Part shown: piece after piece, positions 39,201 to 49,782 of the stretch
How positions within the stretch are numbered: position 1 is the stretch's first letter
How the letters are laid out: each line of letters opens with the position of its first letter
DNA from: an uncultured Paludibacter sp.
Lineage (GTDB): Bacteria > Bacteroidota > Bacteroidia > Bacteroidales > Paludibacteraceae
NCBI GenBank assembly: GCA_964508285.1
Contig: CAZDSY010000001.1
Location: forward strand, 9,850-73,849
DNA: 64,000 nucleotides
Direction of reading: 5' to 3'
The notes under the pieces: generated by a model
Told to the model about the DNA's origin: nothing
Database searches by the model: none
The model's input: the letters and a program-made list of their open reading frames with translations, nothing else
Program-made: the position numbers and the translations under genes

Positions 39201-39600
39201 GTTTGGTATACCCATCCGGGACTTTATAAACCGGGAATAGAACCTGCGGATTCGTCCACGTGTATCCATCAACGGAAGTTTGCAAAAAAGTTTGCGAAGG
39301 CGGTATATGTTCTCCAATTTCGTTGCTCAGGTATTGCAGGTAAAATTTGCCGTTCCAGTATGCCAGCATTGGTTGATGGTGATATGTCCAACCGTTACAA
39401 TTCGAAACATCGGGATATTGGCGATTGGCGCGCATTACCTGAATATTATGTACGCCAACCACCGGCGAAAGTTGCCCATCGTGGTAAGCCGGATTTGATA
39501 AGGTGGTGCCGCTGTAATGTATTTTTTCTGTTGCAAAAAGAATTTTTGGCAAAAAAATCAGCACGACAGAAATAAATATATATTTTATTAGTTTAAACAT
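36271..39600 (-). CDS. Bifunctional GH143 (DHA hydrolase)-GH142 (beta-L-arabinofuranosidase)-like RG-II enzyme
   Basis: N-terminal propeller (WTYHHQPML, MHQR, YGPQYVRG) plus C-terminal (alpha/alpha)6 domain (YYRWW, DGMEES, CEWDGAVWP, YNHST); size and synteny resemble B. thetaiotaomicron BT_1020. Confidence 0.75.
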   Translation of the reverse strand: MFKLIKYIFISVVLIFLPKILFATEKIHYSGTTLSNPAYHDGQLSPVVGVHNIQVMRANRQYPDVSNCNGWTYHHQPMLAYWNGKFYLQYLSNEIGEHIPPSQTFLQTSVDGYTWTNPQVLFPVYKVPDGYTKPNYPGVAKNLTAIMHQRVGFYVSKSGKLLTLAYYGVALDKKDDPNDGNGIGRVVREIKKDGTFGPIYFLRYNRAFNEKNTNFPFFTKSKDKVFRAACQEILDNPLYMMQWVEEADRDDPLIPLKKEYKAFNFYHLPDGKVACLWKHALTSISEDGGKTWAEPVERAKGFVNSNAKIWGQRLSDGSYATVYNPSEFRWPLAISTSADGLNYTTLNLVHGEITPMRYGGNYKSYGPQYVRGIQEGNGIPYDKNLWVAYSVNKEDMWLSRIPVPVKIKPTAHANDNFDNYEKINDLTEWNIYSPLWAPVSLEKVNGKNWLTLSDKDPFDYAKVERKIPASKELKVSFLVQTSQADKGILRIEFLDDKGIACSRLEFMPDSVFRMKGGARYSNFMKYEPNKIYKVESLLSVDNRNIKIFVDGKLAGTRMFYAPVAAIERISFTTGEPRTFPTPDTPADQEYDLPIAGEQAPLNVYRIADFKTESLDVNSTAAVLKFSDFKHYIDYFNRMEDENIVQAIPNAQSAEWMEKNIPLFECPQHNFEQMFYYRWWTLRKHIKQTPVGFGMTEFLVNRSYADKYNLISCALGHHIYESRWLRDTTYLNQIIRTWYRGNEGKPMTKMMNFSSWKIDAQLKKFLVTGDTSFLLNMLPDLEAEYRRWESTHRLKSGLFWQGDVQDGMEESISGGRRKQYARPTISSYMYGNAKALETIFALAGNAEKSKHYKLKADTIKNLVQTKLWNTRHEFFETLRIDSLANVREAIGYIPWYFNLPDAEKYDNAWLQLGDDKGFSSPYGITTAERRHPEFRTRGVGKCEWDGAVWPFATSQTLTAMANFMQDNPTKFKSDSVYFSQLEKYVESQYHRGRPYIGEYLDEVTGYWLKGDQERSRYYNHSTFNDLIITGLVGLRPRSDNTIEINPLLPPGKWNWFCLDNVLYHGKNLTIVWDKNGDKYHLGKGLRVLINGKEVGYASTLSKLIIQDALF

Positions 39601-39655
39601 GTTAAAATCAGCAATAAAAAAATTCTCAAAGGTATGATAACAACCGTGAACTTCA

Positions 39656-40660
39656 TTATTTTGCTAAATATGCAGTGTTTGAGCCTGAATTGTTTTTTTG
39701 TTTTAAAACAAGGTTGTAATTTTTCTTCAGATTATTTACAATTGCCGCAGGTGCTCTAAAAATGGTACCGTGTTTATGACCTTTCGGAATTGAAATTTCT
39801 GAAGTAATGTCGGTAAATGTAAGGAAATCTTTTGTTTTGGCAGCACCATAATTGAAATTCCGATAAGCATCATAAAAGATTACATAATCATCTTTAATTT
39901 TTTCTACTGTAGGGCCTTCGCAGAAACTATCGGTAAAAGGGGTATTATTTGTATTAAATGGTCCGGTTGGCGATGACCCGAAAGCAACTTTCAAATTTCG
40001 GTTTGGTCTTGTATTATCTTTAAAAACCAACACATAATCATTTTTTCCACGTTTTACGATGGTTGCATCAATCGTGCTATAACCCGGGTCATAGAACAAC
40101 TTGGTTTCGGATATGGTTTCGAAATCTTTGGTTGTTATGTAATATAAACGATGATTATTGTACTCGTCTTCTATACCTTTATCAAATCGATCGGGAATAC
40201 ACGATGACCAGACTACCAAAAATTCATCTTTTTCATTGTCATAAAACAATTCCGGAGCCCACACATTTACGGTGCTTGGCTCATGCTTCATAACTTTAAT
40301 CATACGGGGTTCGCTCCAATGTATCAAGTCTTTCGATTGTGCATAACCGAAACCGAGATCGCCTTTCCAGCTTGATGTCCAAACCAAATGAAAAACGCCT
40401 TTAGCATCCACAGCTATCGATGGGTCACGCATAATTTGCTGATTGCCTATGTTAGGTTTTAGCCAGGTACCGGGGATACTATCCCAATTTATGCCATCTT
40501 CACTAAAGATAAATCGTAAACCTTCGTTAGCAGGCTCGTGAAACGAAGTGGATATATATAGTGCTTTAGTGGATAAACATGATGTTAAAAACAGGCTGAA
40601 AGCAAAAATTGCGATATTTTTAAAGAATTTGAAAAATGAAAAAATATTTTGTTTGCTCAT
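39656..40660 (-). CDS. GH43 alpha-L-arabinofuranosidase (GH43_18-like) lipoprotein
   Basis: Lipobox LTSC; MRDP, WAPE, TIDA, EGP, KHG five-bladed propeller motifs. Confidence 0.85.
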   Translation of the reverse strand: MSKQNIFSFFKFFKNIAIFAFSLFLTSCLSTKALYISTSFHEPANEGLRFIFSEDGINWDSIPGTWLKPNIGNQQIMRDPSIAVDAKGVFHLVWTSSWKGDLGFGYAQSKDLIHWSEPRMIKVMKHEPSTVNVWAPELFYDNEKDEFLVVWSSCIPDRFDKGIEDEYNNHRLYYITTKDFETISETKLFYDPGYSTIDATIVKRGKNDYVLVFKDNTRPNRNLKVAFGSSPTGPFNTNNTPFTDSFCEGPTVEKIKDDYVIFYDAYRNFNYGAAKTKDFLTFTDITSEISIPKGHKHGTIFRAPAAIVNNLKKNYNLVLKQKNNSGSNTAYLAK

Positions 40661-40811
40661 TTTAGAAAGTTGTTTTACTAAATTATTGACGCAGCTGATA
40701 TAAAAAAGTACTCAATAAAATCGATTTTAAGAAAGTCGATATGTTTAGTGTTGATTTAAATAGTACATCACACAATTTTAGTCGTCATAAGAATGAAAAA
40801 ATAAATTTTAT

Positions 40812-42881
40812 ATGCGAAAATATTTTATTTTGTCGGCTTTACTTATTTGTGTGTTTATATTCTCACAAAACCGTGGAATGACTAAAACCAACTTTAGCAA
40901 GTTTGCAAAGATGCAAAGTGTGGACATTGACGCCGTGAATTGGACGAATGGCTTCTGGAAAGAACGTTTCGATGTTTTTAAAGATACAATGATTCTTTCG
41001 ATGTGGAAAACCCTGCACAATGCTGATTTAAGCCACTCTTTTCGGAACTTCGAGATAGCTGCCGGAATGTGTAATGGAACCCACTGCGGACCTCCGTTTC
41101 ACGATGGCGATTTTTATAAATTTTTCGAAGGAGTAGCATCGATTTATGCACAAACAAAAGATCCGAAATTAGATAAAATGATGGATGAAGCCATCGATGT
41201 TATAGCCAAAGTACAACGAAAGGACGGTTATATTCATACTCCGGTTATAATATCGGAACTCAATAAAGGAATAGACACACACAATCACGAAATTACAGGA
41301 ACTAAAACAGGAACTAAAACCGAAAAAGCCTTCGAAAACCGATTGAATTTCGAAACCTATAATCTCGGACATTTGATGATGGCAGCCATAATACATAAAC
41401 GGGCAACCGGAAAAACAACCTTGTTCAATGTTGCCATCAAAGCTACCGATTTTCTTTGTCATTTTTACGAAACTGCCACTGCCGAATTAGCCCGAAATGC
41501 CATTTGTCCATCGCATTACATGGGAGTAGTGGAAATGTATCGCGAAACCGGAAATCCACGCTATCTTGAACTTTCGAAAAACCTCATAAACATACGTGGA
41601 ATGGTACAAAATGGTACCGACGATAATCAGGATCGAATTCCATTTCGTCAGCAATACAATGCCATGGGACATGCTGTACGTGCCAATTACTTATATGCAG
41701 GTGTTGCCGATGTTTATACCGAAACAGGTGAAGAGCAGCTTATGAAAAACCTTACCAGCATTTGGAAAGATATTGTAACCCGAAAAATGTATATAACAGG
41801 TGCTTGCGGAGCTTTATATGATGGAACTTCGCCCGATGGTACATATTACACACCTGATTCTATACAGAAAGTTCATCAGAGTTACGGACGACCATATCAG
41901 TTGCCAAATTCTACGGCTCACAACGAAACCTGCGCGAATATCGGAAATCTACTTTTCAATTGGCGTATGCTGCAAGCCACAGGCGAAGCCAAATATGCCG
42001 ATTTGGTGGAAACGGTAATCTACAACAGTGTTTTAAGTGGCATCAGCCTCGATGGAAAACGCTTTTTCTATACCAATCCGCTTCGATTATCGAAAAATTT
42101 ACCTTACACGTTGCGTTGGTCAAAAGAGCGTGAAGAATATATTAGCTATTGCAACTGTTGTCCACCCAATACGGTTCGCACACTAACTCAAGTTCAAAAT
42201 TACGCTTACACAACTTCGAATGATGCAATTTATTTTCAACTTTACGGAGGCAACACATTTACAACTGCGTTCGGGAAAAATGAAACGCTAAAAATTGAAC
42301 AAATCACGGATTATCCATGGGATGGCAAAATTGTGGTAAAAGTAACGCAAGCGCCTAAAAAGAAATTACTTTCATTCAATTTCAGAATTCCTTCGTGGTG
42401 TGAAAATGCTACATTTACGGTAAATGGTCAGCCTGTTGAATCAAAAATTTTTGCCGACACTTATGTTCCTGTAAGCCGAATTTGGCAGAAAGGCGATGTG
42501 GTGGAAATCAAGCTTGAGATGAAAGCAACGCTTATCGAGTCGAATCCACTGGTAGAAGAAACTCGTAATCAAACTGCAATAAAACGAGGTCCGATTGTGT
42601 ATTGTCTTGAGGAATCGGATGCAAAAGGTGCAAAATCAATTGATGATATAATTATACCTATCGACATAAAACTTTCACCACGCAAAACAACTATTGCAGG
42701 AAATAACCTTGTAGTGTTGGATGGTACCGCAAATTTAACAAACGAAAGTACGTGGAAAAATACCTTATATCGACCTGTAGAAAAATCGGACAAAAAGATA
42801 AATATTACACTCATCCCCTACTATGCATGGGGAAATCGCGGTAAAATGGATATGACCGTATGGATGCCGTTGGTGAAATGA
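40812..42881 (+). CDS. GH127 hydrolase (aceric acid hydrolase-like)
   Basis: FHDGD, GHAVRANY, NETCANIG, FFYTNPL, CCPPN, YPW, IPYYAWGNRG. Confidence 0.85.
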   Translation: MRKYFILSALLICVFIFSQNRGMTKTNFSKFAKMQSVDIDAVNWTNGFWKERFDVFKDTMILSMWKTLHNADLSHSFRNFEIAAGMCNGTHCGPPFHDGDFYKFFEGVASIYAQTKDPKLDKMMDEAIDVIAKVQRKDGYIHTPVIISELNKGIDTHNHEITGTKTGTKTEKAFENRLNFETYNLGHLMMAAIIHKRATGKTTLFNVAIKATDFLCHFYETATAELARNAICPSHYMGVVEMYRETGNPRYLELSKNLINIRGMVQNGTDDNQDRIPFRQQYNAMGHAVRANYLYAGVADVYTETGEEQLMKNLTSIWKDIVTRKMYITGACGALYDGTSPDGTYYTPDSIQKVHQSYGRPYQLPNSTAHNETCANIGNLLFNWRMLQATGEAKYADLVETVIYNSVLSGISLDGKRFFYTNPLRLSKNLPYTLRWSKEREEYISYCNCCPPNTVRTLTQVQNYAYTTSNDAIYFQLYGGNTFTTAFGKNETLKIEQITDYPWDGKIVVKVTQAPKKKLLSFNFRIPSWCENATFTVNGQPVESKIFADTYVPVSRIWQKGDVVEIKLEMKATLIESNPLVEETRNQTAIKRGPIVYCLEESDAKGAKSIDDIIIPIDIKLSPRKTTIAGNNLVVLDGTANLTNESTWKNTLYRPVEKSDKKINITLIPYYAWGNRGKMDMTVWMPLVK

Positions 42882-42941
42882 CATGGGTGAATATATATCG
42901 ATAATATACAAAACTTTACAACTAAAATACATATACAAAAT

Positions 42942-44762
42942 ATGAAGCTACTCCTAAAATATTTCTTTCTGATCGTATCTTTTACATGGCAGTTTGCAAA
43001 CGGAACAAATATCTATGTTTCTCCATCGGGAAACGATGCAAATCTCGGAACACCATCTGCACCCAAAGCTACAGTTTCGGAGGCATTGCGTCAGGCACGC
43101 GAAATGCGACGAATGAATGCAGAAGGTATTAAGAATGGCATAAATATTATACTTAGAGGTGGTACCTATCAACTTTACGAGCCACTTTATGTTCGTCCCG
43201 AAGACAGTGGAACTACACAATCGACAACTGTAATTCGTGGTGAGGACAATGAAAAAGTAATTATCAGTGGTGGAGTGCAAATAACCAGATGGAAAAAGCA
43301 AGGAAAGTTTTTTGTTGCTGATGTGCCCGATTTCAATGGTCGTCCACTGGATTTTCGTCAACTTTGGATCAATGGTAAAAAAGCTGTTCGGGCACGCGAC
43401 GTGGTTAACTTTGAACAAATGAACCGAATTATACGTAACGACAATGTAAATCAAATTCTTTGGGTACCGGCAAAAGCTGTAAAATCAATTGTAAATGCAC
43501 CATATCCAGAAATGGTATTACACCAGATGTGGGTAATTTCTAATTTGCGTATAAAATCTATACATATTCAAGGCGATTCTGCGGCTATACGTTTTCATAA
43601 TCCGGAGAGCAAACTTCAATTTGAACGATACTGGCCTCGCCCAATGATTGGTGACGGAGTAAATTCTCCTTTCTATCTGACCAATGCTATGGAATTACTT
43701 GACCAGCCCGGCGAGTGGTTTCATGATATAAAAACGCATAAATTGTACTACTATCCGCAACCCGGAGAAAAAATTGAAGAAGCAATAGTTCCTGCAATTG
43801 AAACTTTAGTAAAGGTAGAAGGTACACTCGACCGTACTGTGAAAAATATTGCTTTTAAAAATATCACTTTCAGTCATACTACATGGATGCGACCATCAGA
43901 AAAAGGACATGTTCCTTTGCAGGCGGGTATGTACGTTACCGAAGCGTATCGTGTTGAACCTCAAATTGTCAGAGGCGATAATAATCATAAACTTGATAAT
44001 CAGGTTTGGCTTGAAAGACCTCCGGCATCTGTCATTGTTCGTTGTGCTGAAAATATTAATTTCGAAAATTGTAGTTTCACGCAATTAGGCTATTCTGGGC
44101 TCGATTACAGATTTGGGAATAAAGCAGGTACAGTAAAAAACTGCACTTTTAAGGATATAGTCGGGAATGGAATTTTGGTTGGAAGTGTTTCACCTCCAGC
44201 TCACGAAACGCACATACCCTATATTCCTTTTGACGAACGCGAAATTTGTGATGGTCAGCACATTGTTAATAATCTGATAACTGATATATCTAATGAAGAC
44301 TGGGGATGTGTAGGAATTTGTGCTGGTTATGTCAGTAACATTAACATCGAACATAATGATATTAATGAAGTTTCGTATACAGCTATAAGTTTAGGTTGGG
44401 GTTGGAATCAAACTTTCAACCGGATGCACAATAACCGTGTTCATGCCAATCATATCTGGCATTTTGCCAAACACATGTATGATGTTTCCGGAATTTACAC
44501 TCTGGGTTTACAACCCAAAACAGTAGTTTCAGAAAATTATGTGCATGATATTTATCATCCAGGTTATGTACACGACCCCAATCACTGGTTTTTCCTATAT
44601 ACCGATGAAGGTTCATCCTGTATAACGGTTGTAAATAATTTTACTGAAAGTGAGAAATTTCTTCAAAATGCTAATGGACCAAATACTATCTGGGAAAATA
44701 ACGGACCGATGGTAAATGACAGCGTTAAGATAAATGCAGGAAGAAAATTAATAAACAAATAG
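42942..44762 (+). CDS. GH141 beta-helix hydrolase (alpha-L-fucosidase-like)
   Basis: YVSPSGND, LDQPGEW, ISLGWGW, MYDVSGIYTL, YTDEGSS; follows GH127 as in BT_1003-BT_1002. Confidence 0.8.
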   Translation: MKLLLKYFFLIVSFTWQFANGTNIYVSPSGNDANLGTPSAPKATVSEALRQAREMRRMNAEGIKNGINIILRGGTYQLYEPLYVRPEDSGTTQSTTVIRGEDNEKVIISGGVQITRWKKQGKFFVADVPDFNGRPLDFRQLWINGKKAVRARDVVNFEQMNRIIRNDNVNQILWVPAKAVKSIVNAPYPEMVLHQMWVISNLRIKSIHIQGDSAAIRFHNPESKLQFERYWPRPMIGDGVNSPFYLTNAMELLDQPGEWFHDIKTHKLYYYPQPGEKIEEAIVPAIETLVKVEGTLDRTVKNIAFKNITFSHTTWMRPSEKGHVPLQAGMYVTEAYRVEPQIVRGDNNHKLDNQVWLERPPASVIVRCAENINFENCSFTQLGYSGLDYRFGNKAGTVKNCTFKDIVGNGILVGSVSPPAHETHIPYIPFDEREICDGQHIVNNLITDISNEDWGCVGICAGYVSNINIEHNDINEVSYTAISLGWGWNQTFNRMHNNRVHANHIWHFAKHMYDVSGIYTLGLQPKTVVSENYVHDIYHPGYVHDPNHWFFLYTDEGSSCITVVNNFTESEKFLQNANGPNTIWENNGPMVNDSVKINAGRKLINK

Positions 44763-44845
44763 TTGGAAATTAAGAGTACATTAATTAATTTTTTTGATTA
44801 TAGAATCAAGATAAACCTTATTGCCATTTTTTTGTTTTTTTTTGT

Positions 44846-45217
44846 ATGAAACAAAAACCGGTATTATATTATGATGAGCATTGCAATCTGTGTAACACGT
44901 GGTTATGCATATTGCGGCGTTTCGATAAGAAGGATTTCATACACTATGTTTCTTTGCAATCGGAAGCAGGAGAAAAAATACTGCAACAAATAAAATTTGC
45001 TACTGCATTGTCAGATACGGTCGTTTTTGAAAAGGATGGGTTGTTCTATTTACGTTCTGATGCCGTACTGGAATGTTTGATTAGTCTTGGTAAATGTTGG
45101 AAAGCGGTAAAAATGCTGCGAATTTTTCCACTGAAATTCAGGGATGGCTTATACAATTTTATTGCTCGTAATCGGTACAAATGGTTTGGAAGGACAGATC
45201 GTTGTGAAATGGTATGA
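44846..45217 (+). CDS. DCC-family thiol-disulfide oxidoreductase (YuxK-like)
   Basis: YDEHCNLC (DxxCxxC), SLQS, SDAV, YNFIARNRYKWFG. Confidence 0.88.
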   Translation: MKQKPVLYYDEHCNLCNTWLCILRRFDKKDFIHYVSLQSEAGEKILQQIKFATALSDTVVFEKDGLFYLRSDAVLECLISLGKCWKAVKMLRIFPLKFRDGLYNFIARNRYKWFGRTDRCEMV

Positions 45218-45277
45218 AGTGATTTTTCTTACAGGCAACGTTATATAAGGTTGAAACAACATTTGATTACATAAAAA

Positions 45278-45317
45278 GAAAACAGAAACTCGTCGCAATC
45301 GACATGTTTCTGTTTTC
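45278..45317. terminator. Probable bidirectional terminator
   Basis: gaaaacagaaac...gtttctgttttc between the convergent DCC gene and purD. Confidence 0.65.
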
Positions 45318-45343
45318 ATAAAAGATTTCATTGTGTAAATATT

Positions 45344-46612
45344 TTACAAATCGAATCCAATATCTTTCCGGAAATATTTTCCTTCGAAATGTATCAGGTC
45401 AGCATTGCGGTACGATTTTGCAAGGGCTTCTTCTTTGGTTTTACCATACGAACTGATTGCTAATACTCTACCCCCGTTTGTTACGATATGATTGTCTTTA
45501 ATGGTTGTTCCGGCATGAAAAGCTATGCTGTCGGAAACATCTTCTAATCCGGTGATAACGAATCCTTTTTTATAATCGCCGGGATAACCTCCCGAAACAA
45601 GCATAACTGTGGTTGCAAAACGCTCATCAAATTCAACATTTTTTTCGTTTAAGTTTCCTTTGGCTACCCCTTGAAGCAATTCAACTAAGTCGGATTTCAA
45701 ACGCAACATTACTACTTCGGTTTCTGGGTCGCCCATACGAGCGTTGTACTCTATGGTATAAGGGTCGCCGTTAATATTTATCAATCCAAAGAATATAAAA
45801 CCCTTGTAATTAATGCCTTCACTGTAGAGTCCGTTTATAGTTGGGCGAATGATCCTATCTTCCACTTTTTTCATAAAAGTGGGGTTGGCAAATGCTACAG
45901 GCGAAACAGCTCCCATGCCACCGGTGTTCAAGCCTTTATCGCCTTCGCCAATGCGTTTATAGTCTTTGGCTTCCGGAAGTATTTTATAGTTTTTACCATC
46001 TGTTATAACGAAAACAGAACATTCTATTCCACTAAGGAATTCTTCTATCACTACAGTTTTGCTTGCAGTACCAAATTTCCCATTGAGCATCAAACGGAGT
46101 TCCTCAATAGCTTTTTGCAAGCTGAAAATAATCAGTACACCTTTGCCGGCAGCCAAACCATCGGCTTTCAACACGTAAGGAGGTTGCATCTTTTTTAGAT
46201 GCTGGATGCCTTCGTCGATATTTTTTGAGGTAACGCTGAAATATCCGGCTGTAGGAATATTATGCCTGAACATGAATTGTTTTGAAAAATCCTTACTACC
46301 CTCGAGTTGTGCTGCAAATTTATCTGGACCAATTACATGAACATTGAACAGCAAAGGATCGTTAGTGAAAAAATCTACTACACCTTTAACCAATGGATCC
46401 TCCGGTCCTACTACAACCATATTGATTTGATGCGCTATAACTGCCTCTTTTAATGCTTCAAAATTATCGGCAGCAATCGCAAGATTTGTTCCAAATTGAG
46501 CAGTTCCGGGATTTCCGGGAGCGATGAAAAGCTTTTTAAGTTTCGGACTTTGAGCAATTTTCCATGCAAGGGCGTGTTCGCGGCCTCCTGAGCCAAGCAA
46601 TAGTATGTTCAT
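45344..46612 (-). CDS. purD: Phosphoribosylamine--glycine ligase
   Basis: [56 protein letters not shown]; likely start ATG 46612. Confidence 0.97.
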   Translation of the reverse strand: MNILLLGSGGREHALAWKIAQSPKLKKLFIAPGNPGTAQFGTNLAIAADNFEALKEAVIAHQINMVVVGPEDPLVKGVVDFFTNDPLLFNVHVIGPDKFAAQLEGSKDFSKQFMFRHNIPTAGYFSVTSKNIDEGIQHLKKMQPPYVLKADGLAAGKGVLIIFSLQKAIEELRLMLNGKFGTASKTVVIEEFLSGIECSVFVITDGKNYKILPEAKDYKRIGEGDKGLNTGGMGAVSPVAFANPTFMKKVEDRIIRPTINGLYSEGINYKGFIFFGLININGDPYTIEYNARMGDPETEVVMLRLKSDLVELLQGVAKGNLNEKNVEFDERFATTVMLVSGGYPGDYKKGFVITGLEDVSDSIAFHAGTTIKDNHIVTNGGRVLAISSYGKTKEEALAKSYRNADLIHFEGKYFRKDIGFDL

Positions 46613-46637
46613 GTTTGTGAATGAAGAGTTTGAATTG

Positions 46638-46645
46638 CAAAAATA
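46638..46645 (-). promoter_or_regulatory. Putative -7 promoter element (TATTTTTG) for purD
   Basis: Reverse complement of caaaaata, about 25 nt upstream of the start. Confidence 0.55.
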
Positions 46646-46759
46646 ATGAAAATGCACCGAAAAGCCAACTTTAATGAATGGTTAAATGGGAATAAATTGA
46701 TATTCGAAGTTGTATCAGATAATATTGAAAAGCTGCCTCATTAATTGCATATTAACTGT

Positions 46760-47650
46760 TCAGAATGCAATTATTTCATTTGGAAATAAAGGCGTTGCAC
46801 CACTTTGTGTACATACGTACGCAGAAACCTGAACTGCTTTTTTGTGTGATGAAAAAATATTTTTATTTTTCAGATAAGCTGCTACAAAGGCTGCGGTAAA
46901 TGCATCGCCTGCTCCTACTGTGTCGGCAACTTCTACTTTTGGTGTAGGCAGGTAAGAAATTTCGTTTTTAGTTAATACATAACTGCCTTTAATGCCTTTT
47001 GTTAGTATTAGAATGTCAAGTGTAAATTTTTTCAGCAGTAGTTTACAAATATCTGTTTCTGATTTTTTTTTCATCCTGAACATTTCGGCGACAATATCAA
47101 GTTCTTCATCGTTGATTTTTAAAATATTACACTTGTATAAAGAATGTTCAATCAGTTGTTTATCAAAATAATGCTGACGAAGATTGATGTCGAAAACCCT
47201 TATTGCTTCAGCAGGTAGTAAATCCAAAAACCGTAGAATTGTTGAGCGTGAAATTAGACAACGTTGTGCAAGCGTACCAAAACAAAGAACTGTTGTGTTT
47301 CGGACAAGGATTTCCATTTCAGGTGTAAACTCGATGTGATCCCATGCCACATTTTCACGGATTTCATATTGGGGTATGCCTTTATTATCGAGGGTTACAC
47401 GTACTACACCTGTCTGAAAATCATTTTGTTGTATATTAAAGTCTATATATTTCGAATTAAGTTGTTGGAGAATTTCTTCGCCCAAAGGGTCTTTACCAAT
47501 GGCACTTACTACTTGTCCCTTGTAGCCAAACTGTGAAATATGATACGCGAAGTTTGCCGGAGCTCCTCCCAAAACTTTTCCATCAGGAAGCATATCCCAA
47601 AGAATTTCGCCAATGCCAACCGCAATTTGTTTTTTATCATTCATCTTCAT
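46760..47650 (-). CDS. PfkB-family carbohydrate kinase (fructokinase-like)
   Basis: GEILWD, GGAPANFA, FDINLR, KINDEEL, DTVGAGDAF. Confidence 0.9.
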   Translation of the reverse strand: MKMNDKKQIAVGIGEILWDMLPDGKVLGGAPANFAYHISQFGYKGQVVSAIGKDPLGEEILQQLNSKYIDFNIQQNDFQTGVVRVTLDNKGIPQYEIRENVAWDHIEFTPEMEILVRNTTVLCFGTLAQRCLISRSTILRFLDLLPAEAIRVFDINLRQHYFDKQLIEHSLYKCNILKINDEELDIVAEMFRMKKKSETDICKLLLKKFTLDILILTKGIKGSYVLTKNEISYLPTPKVEVADTVGAGDAFTAAFVAAYLKNKNIFSSHKKAVQVSAYVCTQSGATPLFPNEIIAF

Positions 47651-47694
47651 CCCATTTTTAGATTAAAAAGTAATCTGAAACAGTATACGAAAAT

Positions 47695-47734
47695 AAAAAA
47701 AATCTGCTTCTGTGTTTGAAACTCGAAGCAGATT
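47695..47734 (-). terminator. Rho-independent terminator after the LamG/T9SS gene
   Basis: aatctgcttc...gaagcagatt stem; the A-run on + gives a U-tail on -. Confidence 0.7.
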
Positions 47735-47754
47735 TCTTTATACACAAAAAATAA

Positions 47755-49509
47755 TTATCGGATAATTAATTTATGCTTATTGATAAATTCGTTAGAAGAG
47801 AGTTGTACGATATAAACACCATTCGGAAGTTGTACATCAATTTCATGCTTAGTAATTCCGCTTTCGAAATGTTTCGAGGTTTGACTCATACTTTTACCTT
47901 GCAAGTCGAAAACCGTTATAGTAACTTCAGACTGGTTGTTGAGACTGAATTCTGCGATTAAATTTTTTCCGTTTGCATAAATTTTAAATTCATTTCCAAT
48001 TGGGTTTTTATAACCGGAAATAATATCAGTTACATCATACATTTCCCAATTATCAATATACATTTCGGTTGCAGTTTGCGTTTCGCAACTATTAAAATAC
48101 ATTAGTGGATTATTTAATGTGCTTCCGGTTTTAAAGTTGAATACTAGCGGTAGCCATTCGCCTGCTATGGTGGAAATAGGTTGTGTAACTAATGCATCCG
48201 CAGCACCCGATAATCCTATTTTTACCTCACCTGTACCATTTGTGCTTATCATTGCTTTGACCAGATAGGTTTTGTTTGGTTGAATTTTGCCGTTTAACGA
48301 GAAATCTAATGAACCACCGCATCTGCCTGAAACTTTTATACTTCTTGAACCGCAATATACATAAGATGTTTCAATACTGCGTGCACCCCAACCACTGAAA
48401 TCTGACAATCTGTTGCAATAAGGATCAGTAATCAGGTTTGTTCTATCATTATATAATGGTGTAAAACAACCCCCATTTGAAGCAGATTTTACAGGGACTA
48501 AAGTTGTAGTGCTTCCACTTGTGATCGAAATATTGCCATTTACAACTGAAGTTCCATCGTATGTTACGGATACTGTTTCGTTGGTGGGGTTAACAGGAAG
48601 AGAAGTTGGATTTACGGTAATTCCCGCCGGTGCAGTAATTGAGATAGGAGCACTTAGGTTTCCACCGTTTACTATTAATGATTCAGTTAAATATTGGTCA
48701 TCAAAAAATATAGCAGTTGGATTTGCAGTCAGAACCGGTTCTGAAAGCTGGTCGGTAGTTTTAAGGGAATTTATTTGGGCTGCCGTAAGTGCTCCGGCAT
48801 AAATTTTAACTTTATCGAACATAAAAGCAGGGTCCGGGTCGTTCCAACCCCATGCCTGATTTCCCCCAAGGCAAATATATGTAAGTGCTGACCCACTATT
48901 AAATAAACCACTTACCACCTGACCTGTTGAAACCCCATCAACATTCCATTCGTTCATAATAGCACCATCAATGTAAACCTTCACATTTGTTTCAGTAAAA
49001 GTAGCGGTGTAAAAGTGCCAGTTTCCATCGTCAGTCCAAGCTGTACTTTCAGTGTTTGAACCTTTTACGTTTTGTGCGTTTGTAAAATCACACCAGCCGG
49101 CATTGTTTATTTGTGCCCAACCGCGTGTTTGAAGTGCCAACATTGGCCATGTATTGCCAGGGTTGGGAGCTGCTCCGTATGCAGTGAATATTGGAGACCA
49201 ATAATAACCTGTTGCAGTTCCCTTGTTTACCCAGAACGAAATAGTAGCACCTTTTACACCCGAAGCCTGTAAATCAGCAAAAATGTTGTTTGGCAAAAGA
49301 AGATAATTCGTACGGATTGCTTGTCCGTCTGCTGAATTGTGAAAAACCTGACCATGATTAACATTTCCGGAAGCAGTTAATATCCCGTTTCCAACAATTG
49401 TAGCCCCGTTTAAGCCGCTTTCAAAATCGTTTGAGTAAAGTAAAGTTTGCGCATGTGCACCCAAAATAAGTGTAGCGACAAAAAGTAATGAAAGTAATTT
49501 TCTTTTCAT
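47755..49509 (-). CDS. T9SS-secreted LamG-like / CBM-like multidomain protein
   Basis: Signal peptide; LamG motifs TISFWV, WHFYT, VYIDG, ALTAAQI; Ig-like linker; jelly-roll module ending YIDN; CTD FDLQGK...GVYIV...KLIIR. Confidence 0.75.
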   Translation of the reverse strand: MKRKLLSLLFVATLILGAHAQTLLYSNDFESGLNGATIVGNGILTASGNVNHGQVFHNSADGQAIRTNYLLLPNNIFADLQASGVKGATISFWVNKGTATGYYWSPIFTAYGAAPNPGNTWPMLALQTRGWAQINNAGWCDFTNAQNVKGSNTESTAWTDDGNWHFYTATFTETNVKVYIDGAIMNEWNVDGVSTGQVVSGLFNSGSALTYICLGGNQAWGWNDPDPAFMFDKVKIYAGALTAAQINSLKTTDQLSEPVLTANPTAIFFDDQYLTESLIVNGGNLSAPISITAPAGITVNPTSLPVNPTNETVSVTYDGTSVVNGNISITSGSTTTLVPVKSASNGGCFTPLYNDRTNLITDPYCNRLSDFSGWGARSIETSYVYCGSRSIKVSGRCGGSLDFSLNGKIQPNKTYLVKAMISTNGTGEVKIGLSGAADALVTQPISTIAGEWLPLVFNFKTGSTLNNPLMYFNSCETQTATEMYIDNWEMYDVTDIISGYKNPIGNEFKIYANGKNLIAEFSLNNQSEVTITVFDLQGKSMSQTSKHFESGITKHEIDVQLPNGVYIVQLSSNEFINKHKLIIR

Positions 49510-49782
49510 GATAATTGAATTTAAAGGTGAAAGAATATAAAATGATTGAACTGAAATAAACTAGTTGAAAAAAAATCGGAAATTAATTCAAATAAACCCG
49601 AATTAAAACCGATTCCAAAATTAGCTTATCCAAAATGAATAAAAGTGGATAATTTCAATCATTTGGCGGATAAAGAGGTAAAAATTTTATTTTCTTAATT
49701 GCCTTGTTAGATACAATAATAGAAAAATAAAGAAGAATGCACTGTAATGGACGAAAGTTAAAAGCCCATAGCCTCGGTCGTT

